Shown: positions 27,746 to 36,721 of the stretch, piece after piece
How positions within the stretch are numbered: position 1 is the first letter of the stretch
Layout of the letters: each line of letters opens with the position of its first letter
Source of the DNA: an uncultured Halobacteriales archaeon
GTDB taxonomy: Archaea; Halobacteriota; Halobacteria; Halobacteriales; Hikarchaeaceae
DNA length: 49,359 bases
Reading direction: 5' to 3'
Assembly (NCBI GenBank): GCA_964404815.1
Contig: CAYOLR010000001.1
Span: forward strand, 1 to 49,359
The notes under the pieces: model-generated
Told to the model about the DNA's origin: nothing
The model's database searches: none
The model's input: only the letters and a program-made list of their open reading frames with translations
Position numbers and translations under genes: made by a program

Positions 27746-28186
27746 TCACTCTTCCGTCTCCTTCTTCTCGATGATCTCGAACGCCCGTTCGCCGAGATCG
27801 TCCTCCTCGAAGACGAAGACCCGGCCGCCGGCGATAGCCAGCTCCGCCTCGACGACGACCGCATGGCCATCCATCCGCGCGGTCACGCCTGGGAACACTT
27901 CGGCGGACTCGCCGGTGTCGAGGACGACGCGGCCGACCCCGGTCGACTCGAGGATCTCGTCGTGGGTTTTCCGATCGTTCACGTAGACCATGACCCCCTC
28001 GGCGGACGTTGGGTCGGTGACGAGGATGTGGACGTGTTTACCGGGCTGGCACCTGACCATCGCCGATTCCGGTGTGGGGTCGTCCCGGTAGGTAACTCGC
28101 CGCCCGTCCAGGTATTCGACGATGATGGCCTCGTCGGTCACCTCCACGCCGATGGTGCTGGGGGAGACATCGCTCCGGACACTCAT
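27746..28186 (-). CDS. conserved haloarchaeal hypothetical protein
   Basis: 146 aa. Acidic, with coherent codon usage and beta-rich repeats (IIVEYLDGRRVTY...VMVYVND...). Confidence 0.65.
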   Translation of the reverse strand: MSVRSDVSPSTIGVEVTDEAIIVEYLDGRRVTYRDDPTPESAMVRCQPGKHVHILVTDPTSAEGVMVYVNDRKTHDEILESTGVGRVVLDTGESAEVFPGVTARMDGHAVVVEAELAIAGGRVFVFEEDDLGERAFEIIEKKETEE

Positions 28187-28228
28187 TACCGACGGAGTAG
28201 AGCCGCCCGCGGTAAAAGGTCGCCGCCG

Positions 28229-28591
28229 TCAGCGATAGACGCCCTGAGTGACACTCACGATGCCGTTCCCGAGCTCGATGAGGACCGTATGGTCGAGGTC
28301 GGCATCGACCTGACAGGTGCGGGTCACCGACCGGCCGTTGTCGATGTCGACCGTCACTTCGTATTCTCCCGGATCGATCTCGTCGATCTCGCTCAGGAAC
28401 GCTCCGGACCGGAGCCAGTAGGTCTCGCTGAAGACCTTATCGGCACCGTCAGCGACGTCAACGGTCACCCGGTAGGCGCGTTCGACGTCGTAGTTCCGGA
28501 TGTGAATGTCTTCCGAGTAGGCGGGGGACACGGTCGTGGCGGCCTCATCGAACGAGTCGTCGGGCGTGTCGTGAACCGTAATGCCTCGCAT
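28229..28591 (-). CDS. hypothetical protein, beta-sandwich (Ig-like) appearance
   Basis: 120 aa. A TATA-like ttttaaa lies about 25 nt upstream of the ATG on the coding strand. Alternating beta-strand pattern (YRVTVDV, YEVTVDI). Confidence 0.6.
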   Translation of the reverse strand: MRGITVHDTPDDSFDEAATTVSPAYSEDIHIRNYDVERAYRVTVDVADGADKVFSETYWLRSGAFLSEIDEIDPGEYEVTVDIDNGRSVTRTCQVDADLDHTVLIELGNGIVSVTQGVYR

Positions 28592-28790
28592 ATTCCGTGC
28601 TACAAACCCGGTTTAAAAGGGCCTTCTCTAAGCACAAATCGTGGTTTTAGTGTGGGTGGTTCACAGGGTACGAGCCGGCGTGATCCACCGGTGGCCAGCG
28701 GTCGTAGCCGGCTCCGCTGGAACCTCTCAGGCCGTCACCAACCGCTCGGTGGCCACCACGGGTTCTGCCTCGAGTTCGCCGAGGAGGCTG

Positions 28791-29435
28791 TCATCGGGTG
28801 TGGAGCTGCCATTCGCTTTCGTCGTCCAGCTCCATGACGGCGTCGAACAACGTGGTGAGCGTGTTCCGTTCGCGTTCGTCGTGAATGGACGGATCCATGT
28901 GATAGTGGGCGATCGCACCCACGGCGCTCATCCGGCCGGTGAGGACGTGCAGGAACCGGAACGCCTTCTGGAGGTCGGCGTACTGGAGGAGGATCGTGAG
29001 TGTGTGAAAACATACGACGATTTGTTGCGTCCCATCAGCGAGGTCCTCGAGGAGATCACTGATCTTCATTCCCAATCCGGTGAGGTCAGCCGGGCTGGAC
29101 ACGGATTCGATCCGGGCGTCGTCCGGGCCAACATCTGTTGGGGTCCCCCCATCGAACGCGGCGCCCGACCTGATCTGATCGCCGGCGGTGACGAACCCCG
29201 ACCTCCGTGGGGGCTCCTTCGAAACGTGCGACCGCCAGACGTTCAACCGATCGTCGGGACCCTGAGAAAGCGTGACCGAGAGGTAGACCAGGCCGTCGGC
29301 CGAGGGGACGTCCAGCAGCCGGCCGCACGCCTCCTCGCCAACGGGATCCATCGTCGGCGCGAGGAGCAGCACGTTGGCGCCTGCCCCGAGTTCGTCATGG
29401 ATCGTCGAACGGTGCCGACCGACCCGGCTCATCAT
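28791..29435 (-). CDS. KaiC/RecA-superfamily-like protein with a degenerate P-loop
   Basis: 214 aa. The position expected for Walker A reads NVLLLAPTMDPVGEEAC (no GxxGxGK[ST]). A Walker-B-like hydrophobic strand QQIVVCFHTL is present. C-terminal AHYHMDP...TLFDAVMEL. Confidence 0.6.
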   Translation of the reverse strand: MMSRVGRHRSTIHDELGAGANVLLLAPTMDPVGEEACGRLLDVPSADGLVYLSVTLSQGPDDRLNVWRSHVSKEPPRRSGFVTAGDQIRSGAAFDGGTPTDVGPDDARIESVSSPADLTGLGMKISDLLEDLADGTQQIVVCFHTLTILLQYADLQKAFRFLHVLTGRMSAVGAIAHYHMDPSIHDERERNTLTTLFDAVMELDDESEWQLHTR

Positions 29436-29569
29436 CGATGAAAATCAATGAGGGCGTATAAACCCCGTGTCCCAGTTATCTCTTCCGATAATACCGAGTT
29501 TACTGGGGGAAATAGCGGTATCGAATCATGGATCGTCATGTGTAAGTGGACGGCCCCTACTCAGCAGGT

Positions 29570-30427
29570 ATGCGTGGTCGTGCCGAGGCCCCGGCGGCGG
29601 GAACGGTTCTCAACGCGCTCGCCAACCATACGGGCGCTGCCTTCGCCATCGACGCCTCGATCACGGCCGAGGTCGAATTGGGCGAGGACACGGTAACCGG
29701 CGAGGTCGAAGGTCATCCGGAGGCGGATACCCGATTGATCGAACGCTGCGTCGAGCTCGTGATCGATCGATACGGTGACGGCCAGGGGGCTACCGTTCGC
29801 ACGACGAGCGAGGTCCCGATGGCCGCCGGCCTGAAGAGTTCGAGCGCGGCCGCGAACGCCACCGTCCTCGCAACTCTCGACGCCCTCGATCGCCCTCTCC
29901 AGGCGACCGGTCTCTCCCGGGAGGACGCAGCTCGGCTCGGCGTTACGGCCGCCCGAGACGTCGGCGTGACCGTGACCGGGGCGTTCGACGACGCGAGCGC
30001 CTCGATGTTGGGCGGCGTGACCGTCACCGACAACGACGCCGACGAACTCCTCCACCGGGAACCAGTTGATTGGTCGGTCCTCGTGTGGACCCCCCCTGTT
30101 CGGGCCTACAGTGCCGATGCCGATGTGGAACGCTGCGAGCGGTTGGCCCCGCTCGCCGACTTCATCGCGGAGACCGCGCTCGCAGGACGATACGCCGAAG
30201 CTATGACGGTCAACGGGTTCGCCTTCTGTGCCGCGTTGGACTTCCCGACCGATCCCCTGCTGGAGGCGCTACCGGCAGCGGACGGTGTCTCGCTCTCGGG
30301 GACGGGCCCGAGCGTAACGGCTATCGGGCCGGGGTCCGCGTTGTCCGATATCGAGTCCCGGTGGTCCGAACGGGAAGGAACTACATGGCTGACGACGACG
30401 CAAAACCGCGGCGTACGGACGATATGA
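29570..30427 (+). CDS. aroK: archaeal shikimate kinase (GHMP-kinase family)
   Basis: ATG at 29570 (MRGRAEAPAAGTVLNAL...). GHMP motif PMAAGLKSSSAAANA. Confidence 0.88.
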   Translation: MRGRAEAPAAGTVLNALANHTGAAFAIDASITAEVELGEDTVTGEVEGHPEADTRLIERCVELVIDRYGDGQGATVRTTSEVPMAAGLKSSSAAANATVLATLDALDRPLQATGLSREDAARLGVTAARDVGVTVTGAFDDASASMLGGVTVTDNDADELLHREPVDWSVLVWTPPVRAYSADADVERCERLAPLADFIAETALAGRYAEAMTVNGFAFCAALDFPTDPLLEALPAADGVSLSGTGPSVTAIGPGSALSDIESRWSEREGTTWLTTTQNRGVRTI

Positions 30428-30690
30428 GCCTCGACGAGCTTCGGGAAGAGATCCAAACGATCGACCGCGAACTGGTCGAACTCATCGCCCAGCGCACCTA
30501 CGTCGCGGATTCGATCGCCCGGGTAAAACGCGATCAGGGACTGCCGACGACGGACGAGGATCAGGAACGACGGGTCATGGATCGGGCGGGCGAGAACGCC
30601 CGCCGGTTCGACGTGGACGCTAACCTCGTGAAGGCCATCTTCCGGTTGCTGATCGAACTGAACAAAGTGGAGCAACGCGACTCACGGTAA
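30424..30690 (+). CDS. chorismate mutase (AroQ class)
   Basis: 88 aa. MSLDELREEIQTIDRELVELIAQR...RVKRDQGLP..D..RE. Its start overlaps the aroK stop (ATGA). Confidence 0.85.
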   Translation: MSLDELREEIQTIDRELVELIAQRTYVADSIARVKRDQGLPTTDEDQERRVMDRAGENARRFDVDANLVKAIFRLLIELNKVEQRDSR

Positions 30691-30714
30691 GCGGTCTCCG
30701 TGGTCGGTAACCGC

Positions 30715-31395
30715 TCAGTATTCCCACAACCGATGGATCCGCTGGTCGATCTCCGGATGGGCCCGTCGGAGGGCGTCGACCTCCCGCTCGCCGTTGACGT
30801 TGATGACGTGTACTTCCCCACGTCGCCCTGGGTAGACATCCTGGAAATCGTACACCACGCCGATGACGGATACCGTCTCCGGGACGTCGTCGCTTCCTAC
30901 CAGGAACGCCACCTGTCGGTCGACGTTGAACTCGACGAGGCGGTTGATGGCGGCATCATGGTCGAGCCCCTCGGGTAGCTGTTCGAGACTTGCCGCGAGA
31001 TATCCTTCAAGGAGGTCGAGGCAGTATTGGATGCCCGCCGGCTCTGAGCGCCCGTTGGATAACGCCTCGTAGACGCCGGTGACGGCTCCACACCCGGTAT
31101 GGCCCATCACGATCGCGACCTCCGTCCCCGTGTGTTCGATCGGAAACAGGACGTCGCCCGAGACGACCTCGCCGGCCTCGGTTCGCTGGACCACCCGGTT
31201 TCCGATGTTCGCACACGTAAAGATCCGTCCGGGTTCGTCGTTTCCCCAGACATGGTCCTGAAGGACCCGCGAATCCGAGCAACTGACGGTCACGACATCG
31301 GGGTGTTGGCCCGCCTGAACCGCATCGAAGCTGGATTCGAAGGTGTCCACGTGGAGCAAATTATCCTCGAGGAGCGAGACGACGGTCGGTTCCAT
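30715..31395 (-). CDS. beta-class carbonic anhydrase
   Basis: ATG at 31395 (MEPTVVSLLE...). Zinc ligand motifs CSDSR and HTGCGA. Confidence 0.85.
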   Translation of the reverse strand: MEPTVVSLLEDNLLHVDTFESSFDAVQAGQHPDVVTVSCSDSRVLQDHVWGNDEPGRIFTCANIGNRVVQRTEAGEVVSGDVLFPIEHTGTEVAIVMGHTGCGAVTGVYEALSNGRSEPAGIQYCLDLLEGYLAASLEQLPEGLDHDAAINRLVEFNVDRQVAFLVGSDDVPETVSVIGVVYDFQDVYPGRRGEVHVINVNGEREVDALRRAHPEIDQRIHRLWEY

Positions 31396-31456
31396 GGGCG
31401 TCAATGAGGGACGCCCGCCACGTAGAAATCCCGGTTCGACCTGCGCGGAGCCGCCC

Positions 31457-32242
31457 CTACCCTTCCGAGGTCGGGCCAGGATAGGTCTGGGCCAACGCAT
31501 CGAGTGACTCGTGTCGCTCGGTGGTATGTGGCGCCGTCAAGGGGGAGACGCTGACCTTACCCTCCATGATCGCTCGGCGATCCGACCCTTCGGGATCGTC
31601 GGCGTCGCCTTCCATCATCGCCGTCCACACGCGGTCGTGGAGCGTAATGTACCCGTTGTCGTCGTGGGTGGCGTCCATGTTGTGAGTGTGGGAGGGATAG
31701 GTGATCTCCATCGGGGCGACGGTATCCCCGTCCGGGATCGGTGCGTTCACGTTGAGGTACTCCGCCTGCTCGAATACCCCGGCGCCCCGGGCGTGTTCGG
31801 CGAGATATCGCGTCGCGAGGGCGGCGTTCGAATATTCTCGAGGGTTCGGTTCGTCCGGCCAGCGGTCCTGTGGGATGTAGAGCGAGACGGCGATAGACGG
31901 GACACCGAAAAAGGCCGCCTCCACCGCGGCACTGACGGTCCCCGACCGACCGAGGACGTAGGCACCGAGGTTCGCGCCGTTGTTACAGCCGGATACCACC
32001 AGATCGGGGTACGGACCGATCGCTTCGAGGCCTGCCACGACACAGTCGCTCGGCGTCCCCTGAATGGCGTAGCCGATGTCGCGTTCCTCGACCCGGACTT
32101 CTTCCGACATGGCCCGTCCGATGGCGCTTTGGTCCTCGGCCGGCGCGACGACGAGGACGTCCCCCACCTCTGAGAGGACGTCATGGAGCACCCGAATACC
32201 GGTGCTATTGATGCCGTCGTCGTTCGTCAAGAGGATGTCCAT
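31457..32242 (-). CDS. surE: 5'/3'-nucleotidase SurE
   Basis: ATG at 32242. MDILLTNDDGINSTGI...SGCNNGANLG...SGTVSAA. Confidence 0.9.
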   Translation of the reverse strand: MDILLTNDDGINSTGIRVLHDVLSEVGDVLVVAPAEDQSAIGRAMSEEVRVEERDIGYAIQGTPSDCVVAGLEAIGPYPDLVVSGCNNGANLGAYVLGRSGTVSAAVEAAFFGVPSIAVSLYIPQDRWPDEPNPREYSNAALATRYLAEHARGAGVFEQAEYLNVNAPIPDGDTVAPMEITYPSHTHNMDATHDDNGYITLHDRVWTAMMEGDADDPEGSDRRAIMEGKVSVSPLTAPHTTERHESLDALAQTYPGPTSEG

Positions 32243-32273
32243 ACCCTGTTGTCCTCGGCTCCCACAATAAGGA

Positions 32274-33662
32274 CTACCGAACGGTTTCGACGGTCGACTG
32301 ATCGTCGACGACCAGGTTGTATGCCGCCTCGTCCTCGTTCCACAGCGCGAGGACGTTTTCGAGGAGGAGGAGCGATCCGTACCCGGCATCGAGCAACCCC
32401 CGGTTCAGCGACGTTTCGTTGGTGAGGACGGCGTAGTGGTCGATATCTTCAGAGCCGTCGCCGACGAGGAACAGCGGATGGCCATTGTCGCTCAGGTCGT
32501 GGCTGAGTTTGATCGCGACGAGGTCGATCCGGTCGGTGACGTGCCGGTCCATTTCCGCCATCTTCGCAAAGCGGGTCGCGTCCAGGGTAACATCGATTCG
32601 ACGCTCGCCATCCTTCCTGAGGATGGCATACGAATATTGCACATCGACGTTGACGAACTCGCCGTCGTTCCGTCCCGCCGAGTCCAGTCGACGTTGGAAC
32701 TCCGGGACCTCGAGGGCCGGTCGTACGTCGAACGACCAACACCGCGACCCGGGATCACCCCCCGGCCACAGCCGGATGGTCGGGCTGAAGACCGAGAGCC
32801 CGTCAACGAGCTGCCGTTCGACCTCCCGAAGGCCCGTACTGGTCGCCTTATCGGCCGGGGCGATCGTCACCAGGGAGCCGTCAGGGGCCAACGAATCACG
32901 GTATCGGTCGACCGTCGTGACGGGCGAGGCGAGTTCGCTCAGGACGTTGACGAAGGAGACAACGTCGTATTCGCCAGCCGGCTCGAACGCCTCGGCCGAC
33001 TCGCGGTGCACCGTCCAGTGGAAGTTCCGGTTCGTCGCCTCAAGGAACTCCTCAAGGAGGTCGGCGGCGGCGCTGGGTTCGACGGCGTGATACTCGACGA
33101 GCGTATCCTCACCGAAGTAATCGTTGAGGCCGAGGGCGGGGCCACCGACGCCGGCTCCGATGTCGAGGATCCGAAGGGTTCGCGGCAGGAGCCCCGACCG
33201 GGCGAGTTCATCGACGACGTATCGAACCGTCGCGTATGAATCCGGCAGGTGGTAGATCGCGTATCCGAAGGCGGCCTCCCGGTCGTACGTCACCGAACGG
33301 CCCCGGAAGTAGTCCTCCTTGATCTGCCTGATCACGTTGCGGAGCCGGTTTCCCGTCTCACCGTCGGCCCAGTCGATGCCGTATTCGGCCACCAAACGGT
33401 CGAGCAGTATCCGACTGTATTCGTTCGGAAAGTTGTCGACATCGCCGTTCGGCTCGACGGTCCCCTCGGGGGCGGGTGTGAACGTTCCGTCGGCTCGTTC
33501 GATCACCCCGAGGTCGATCGCCGACTCCCGGAGCACTTGCCGAACTGCGCTCGGGTGGGGTCGGCCTTCGACATACTCGTGGATCTCTTCCGGATCGATC
33601 GGTCGGACCTGTTTGAGGTATTTCGCGTTCGCCCGGACCGCCTCACGCTGTTCGGGAGTCAT
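32274..33662 (-). CDS. SAM-dependent methyltransferase, Rsm22-like, with N- and C-terminal extensions
   Basis: 462 aa. Motif I ILDIGAGVGGPALGL. Its start overlaps the tyrA stop (ATGA). Confidence 0.75.
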   Translation of the reverse strand: MTPEQREAVRANAKYLKQVRPIDPEEIHEYVEGRPHPSAVRQVLRESAIDLGVIERADGTFTPAPEGTVEPNGDVDNFPNEYSRILLDRLVAEYGIDWADGETGNRLRNVIRQIKEDYFRGRSVTYDREAAFGYAIYHLPDSYATVRYVVDELARSGLLPRTLRILDIGAGVGGPALGLNDYFGEDTLVEYHAVEPSAAADLLEEFLEATNRNFHWTVHRESAEAFEPAGEYDVVSFVNVLSELASPVTTVDRYRDSLAPDGSLVTIAPADKATSTGLREVERQLVDGLSVFSPTIRLWPGGDPGSRCWSFDVRPALEVPEFQRRLDSAGRNDGEFVNVDVQYSYAILRKDGERRIDVTLDATRFAKMAEMDRHVTDRIDLVAIKLSHDLSDNGHPLFLVGDGSEDIDHYAVLTNETSLNRGLLDAGYGSLLLLENVLALWNEDEAAYNLVVDDQSTVETVR

Positions 33663-34384
33663 CGGCCGGCATCTCGGAACAGCCCTTCGAAGGTCTCGGG
33701 ATCGGCCGCCGCGATCCGCTCGGCTGCCGCCGCGACGTCGTCAGCCCCGTCGAACGCAGATTGGATGTCAGCGTACACTCGGGGATTGCCCTCGGTCACC
33801 TCTTCGACCAGTTGCATCAGGCCATCGTACACCGGAGTCCCGAAATCGTCGGGGACCGGTTCGGCGGCGAGGGCGAAGGCGAGCACCGCCGCGTGAGCTT
33901 TGGCCTGGACCGTCTCCATCGCCCGGTCATGCTCGGCTGGCGTTGTTTCGACGAGTCCGTTTCCACCGGATTCGATGGCCGCAAGGATGGATTCGGTCAG
34001 TTCGCCAGGTGCATCCTTGACCACCGCTACCCGCCCGGGAGCGTTCTCGGGGGCAAACAGCGGGTGAAGGCTCAAGCGCTCGCGGTCGGGCGCCTGTCGG
34101 GTCATCGCATCAACTGGCGGCCCCATCACGCCGGTCAGGTCGATCAGTGCCGACGCCGCCTTGTCGGCATGGGTCTCGATGGCGTCGACCGTGTCCGGGA
34201 TCGGCACGGCGAACGTGACGGCATCGAACCGTTCAGCGGTATCCGGTTCGACAGCTTTCGCATCCTGGGAAGCAGCTGCCGATCTCGCTGCCTCGGGGTC
34301 GACATCGGTAAATGCCACAGTGGCGTCGAGGAGCGAGGCGAACCACCGGCCAACGGCGCCGGCCCCGACGATCAAGACCTCCAT
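33659..34384 (-). CDS. tyrA: prephenate dehydrogenase
   Basis: 241 aa. MEVLIVGAGAVGRWFASLL Rossmann start, and SLHPLFAP. Confidence 0.8.
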   Translation of the reverse strand: MEVLIVGAGAVGRWFASLLDATVAFTDVDPEAARSAAASQDAKAVEPDTAERFDAVTFAVPIPDTVDAIETHADKAASALIDLTGVMGPPVDAMTRQAPDRERLSLHPLFAPENAPGRVAVVKDAPGELTESILAAIESGGNGLVETTPAEHDRAMETVQAKAHAAVLAFALAAEPVPDDFGTPVYDGLMQLVEEVTEGNPRVYADIQSAFDGADDVAAAAERIAAADPETFEGLFRDAGR

Positions 34385-34425
34385 CGAGAGGCCCTATCCC
34401 ACCTGTTCCTAAAAGGGTTCGCCCG

Positions 34426-35469
34426 TCAGTCCGCGGCCGTCGACGGCCTGTCGTCAAGGGATTCCTCGCGAATCGAGACGACGCTCGAGTAGATGACCGC
34501 CCCGCTCACCAGCAGGGCGGCTCCGAGGATCAGCACCAGGCTGATGACGTCGAGGATCCCGATGCCGTAAGCATTGCCGACCTGTCTGACGGCGACGGCG
34601 ATCGCCCCGATGAGAAGCATGGCACCGAAGTAGACTTTGATCTCGCTCTCGTCGACGATGCTGGTGGCCGCCGACCCAACACGGGCACCGAGGGCGCTCC
34701 CGGCCAGCAGGGGCGCCACGATGCTCAGGTCGACGCCGCCGGATTGGGCGTAGAGGAACGACCCGATCCCACCCGAGAACATGATCTCGAACAGGTCGGT
34801 GCCCACGGCGATCGGGACCGGAACCCCGATCAGGTAGAACAGTGCTGGCATCCGGATGAAGCCACCCCCGACGCCGAGGAACCCAGAGAGGAGCCCGGTA
34901 GCGAAGGCGACTGCCAGGATCATCCAGAGGGAGACTTGGATCCCGCCACGAAGCGAGATCATCGGGGGCACCCGGTAGGACTGGATCTTCTGGGCGATGT
35001 CCGGGATCGCGTCGGCATCGACCTCCGCGTCCGTGTCGTGGTCGATCCCGCCGTCACCGTCGCCCTTGAGCGCCTCGTAGGTGACGAACAGACCGATACC
35101 GCCCAACAACAGGACATAGGTGATGCTGATGAGGTTGCTGGCGAGCCCGAGCTCTTCGAGGAACAACACGATCTCCTTGCCGACCTCGATGCCGGTGGCG
35201 GTTCCGACGATCATCAACACCCCGAGCTTGTAGTCGACCTGCCCGAGGTCACGGTGTTTGAGCGTCGCGATGACGGACGTCCCGAAGACGAACGCCATCC
35301 CGCTCCCGACGGCGACACGGGCCGGATAGCCCATGATGAGGAGCGCGGGCGTCACGAGGAACGAGCCGCCCATCCCGAAGAACCCGAAGAGGATTCCGAT
35401 CAGGATGCCGAACCCGATGAAGAGGCCGATCAGGAGGACGCTGATCCCGAGTATCTCCATCTCAATCAC
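34426..35469 (-). CDS. TauE/SafE family sulfite (anion) exporter
   Basis: 347 aa with a GTG start. Two homologous 4-TM halves (GFFGMGGSFLVTP / GFLGVGGGFIRMP) separated by an acidic loop. Confidence 0.85.
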   Translation of the reverse strand: MIEMEILGISVLLIGLFIGFGILIGILFGFFGMGGSFLVTPALLIMGYPARVAVGSGMAFVFGTSVIATLKHRDLGQVDYKLGVLMIVGTATGIEVGKEIVLFLEELGLASNLISITYVLLLGGIGLFVTYEALKGDGDGGIDHDTDAEVDADAIPDIAQKIQSYRVPPMISLRGGIQVSLWMILAVAFATGLLSGFLGVGGGFIRMPALFYLIGVPVPIAVGTDLFEIMFSGGIGSFLYAQSGGVDLSIVAPLLAGSALGARVGSAATSIVDESEIKVYFGAMLLIGAIAVAVRQVGNAYGIGILDVISLVLILGAALLVSGAVIYSSVVSIREESLDDRPSTAAD

Positions 35470-35611
35470 CCCGCATTATGGTCATAAGCGGCGGGCCGGC
35501 CACCCGGGTCAGCGTCCCGTAGCCGACGTATAGTACCATCGCCTCCACCAGGACGATCCCGACGATCGCCGTGGCGTAGGAACTGCCGGTCAGAGTCTCG
35601 ATTCCGAACAT
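35462..35611 (-). CDS. unannotated 49-aa single-TM micro-protein, overlapping the tauE start by 8 nt
   Basis: Hand translation gives MFGIETLTGSSYATAIVGIVLVEAMVLYVGYGTLTRVAGPPLMTIMRGD*. It is below the ORF-track length cutoff. A hydrophobic core is present, and the overlap with the downstream gene suggests translational coupling. Confidence 0.5.
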   Translation of the reverse strand: MFGIETLTGSSYATAIVGIVLVEAMVLYVGYGTLTRVAGPPLMTIMRGD

Positions 35612-35688
35612 GTGTCGTAGTGCGCGTTCTGGCTGTTGTGTTGGTGACCCTCCCCGACGGTGGCAGGGTCGTATGAGTTCTGGTCGCT

Positions 35689-35712
35689 ATTGTGAATACT
35701 ATACATTACTAT
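35689..35712 (-). promoter_or_regulatory. candidate operator, ATAGTAAT-N10-CACAAT (site A), upstream of the micro-ORF/tauE operon
   Basis: The minus strand reads ATAGTAATgtatagtattCACAATa. It has the same 8-mer, spacing and 6-mer as site B (37960-37983). It lies 78-101 nt upstream of the ATG at 35611. Confidence 0.5.
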
Positions 35713-35750
35713 TTGCCGTTCACCTGATTCGATGGATGTTATCGGAGTCA

Positions 35751-36206
35751 TCAATCCGCGCTCGTGGGTCTGGGTTCTAGTTGATCTGAGCCGGACCGCC
35801 AGTGGGCCTGGAGATAGGCCCCGGCGAACATGCCGGCAATGGCGATGAGGATTGGGTAGTTTCCGGTCCCAAGGCTGGCGTAGGCGGCCCCCGGACAGAT
35901 GCCGGAGAGCCCCCAACCCACTCCGAAGATCGCCCCACCGCCCAAGACGTTCCGATCGAACGACCGTAGCCGACGCCCGAAGTCCCGACCCGTCAGCGGC
36001 GCTCGGTCACCGACCCTGCTGCCGATCGCAAACACCAGGCCGCTGACGACGGCAGCCCCGCCCATGACGAAGACGAGTCCGAGGTCTTGCAACTGAAGGA
36101 AGTCCAGGACAACTTCGGGCCGTGCCATGTGGCTGGCGCCGAGGCCGAGGCCGAAGATCAGGCCGCCGACGAAGACCACCGGGTGGAAGAGCGGGTGGCG
36201 GCTCAT
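35751..36206 (-). CDS. YeeE/YedE-family half-transporter (sulfur-containing anion transport), distal half
   Basis: ATG at 36206 (MSRHPLFHPVV...). 151 aa, 4 TM. GWGLSGICPGAAY motif. Confidence 0.8.
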   Translation of the reverse strand: MSRHPLFHPVVFVGGLIFGLGLGASHMARPEVVLDFLQLQDLGLVFVMGGAAVVSGLVFAIGSRVGDRAPLTGRDFGRRLRSFDRNVLGGGAIFGVGWGLSGICPGAAYASLGTGNYPILIAIAGMFAGAYLQAHWRSGSDQLEPRPTSAD

Positions 36207-36700
36207 GGACTCACTCCGAGGGCGTTCACGAGCTGGGCCGTCCCGATAGCAACGGCGAGAAACGTGACGACATTGACCAGCGAGGTCCGGGAAGCGGAGC
36301 CGAGCCCACAGACGCCATGGCCGGAGGTACACCCCTTCCCGAGACGGGTGCCGGCACCCACTAGGACCCCGCCGATCAGGAGCCGCCACCACTGGACCGA
36401 CGTGGTCCAGATTCCGCCCTCGAAGGCCAGGGCGTAAACCGCGCCTCCGGCAACGATCCCGATGGTGAAGAGGACCCGCCAATCCCGCGAGCCGAGAAGC
36501 ATCGGATCACGGAACCGTTCGAGCCCGGAAACGTACGTCCACGTCGATTCGAGGAACGTACTGGCACCCGGGATGAGGCCCGTGACCAGGTAGATGAATC
36601 CGACCCCCAGCCCAATCAGCACGCCGCCGAGCAGGTAGCGACTGATCCCGTTGGGGAAGAGGCCCGTGAGCGTCTCCTGAATGACTGCGTCGAGTACCAT
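36203..36700 (-). CDS. YeeE/YedE-family half-transporter, proximal half
   Basis: 165 aa. GKGCTSGHGVCG motif. Its stop overlaps the next half's start (ATGA). Confidence 0.8.
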   Translation of the reverse strand: MVLDAVIQETLTGLFPNGISRYLLGGVLIGLGVGFIYLVTGLIPGASTFLESTWTYVSGLERFRDPMLLGSRDWRVLFTIGIVAGGAVYALAFEGGIWTTSVQWWRLLIGGVLVGAGTRLGKGCTSGHGVCGLGSASRTSLVNVVTFLAVAIGTAQLVNALGVSP

Positions 36701-36721
36701 TTCGTGGAATGACCCCCGTTA

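Noticed and set aside
34312-35487. 391-aa ORF antisense to tauE
   Set aside because: Extremely Asp/Arg/Pro/Glu-rich and non-globular. The sense frame is a coherent polytopic membrane protein.
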